A DNA stretch of 63,014 bases, the filler included, from Octopus bimaculoides (lineage: Eukaryota), in assembly GCF_001194135.2 (NCBI RefSeq). It is 5 parts of 5 records of this genome, joined end to end, with 100 filler letters (N's around TTAATTAATTAA, not from the genome) between each part and the next. Parts side by side here need not be neighbours in the genome. Positions count along the whole stretch, not along the records: positions 61,561 to 63,014 come from NC_069005.1; 4 more parts are not named here. One strand, written 5' to 3'. Positions 62,991-63,014 of the stretch are shown here, piece after piece (positions within the stretch are counted from its first letter, which is position 1; every line of letters starts with the position of its first letter). The position numbers and the translations under genes are program-made. The notes beneath the pieces were generated by a model. The model was not told where the DNA came from, made no database searches, and worked only from the letters and a program-made list of their open reading frames with translations.

Positions 62991-63014
62991 TATATATATA
63001 TATATATATATATA

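Overview
AT-rich, microsatellite-dense eukaryotic intronic/intergenic DNA. The SINE repertoire and repeat style point to an octopus (coleoid cephalopod) genome; this is inference, not a database match. I find no intact host gene, rRNA, true tRNA or CRISPR array, only two weak candidate exons. Most identifiable sequence is decayed mobile DNA: at least 6 pieces of restriction-like-endonuclease (RLE; R4/Dong-type) non-LTR retrotransposons, several stacked in (AAT)n arrays; 4 Penelope-type GIY-YIG endonuclease remnants; L1/Tx1-like and CR1-like LINE relics; a Tigger/pogo transposase pseudogene; a mariner-derived MITE; and about 25 tRNA-derived SINEs. Best finding: a 521-bp foldback (11984-12504) whose arms each carry a minimal type-I hammerhead ribozyme motif in opposite polarity, with mirror-symmetric cleavage sites. 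A second, younger foldback (176-bp arms, 53-nt tail, 12-bp TSD) sits inside a SINE at 51.8-52.2 kb. Assembly caveats: four artificial N44-TTAATTAATTAA-N44 linkers and one probable mis-joined 270-bp duplicate. Coordinates of decayed elements are approximate (about +/-30 bp).
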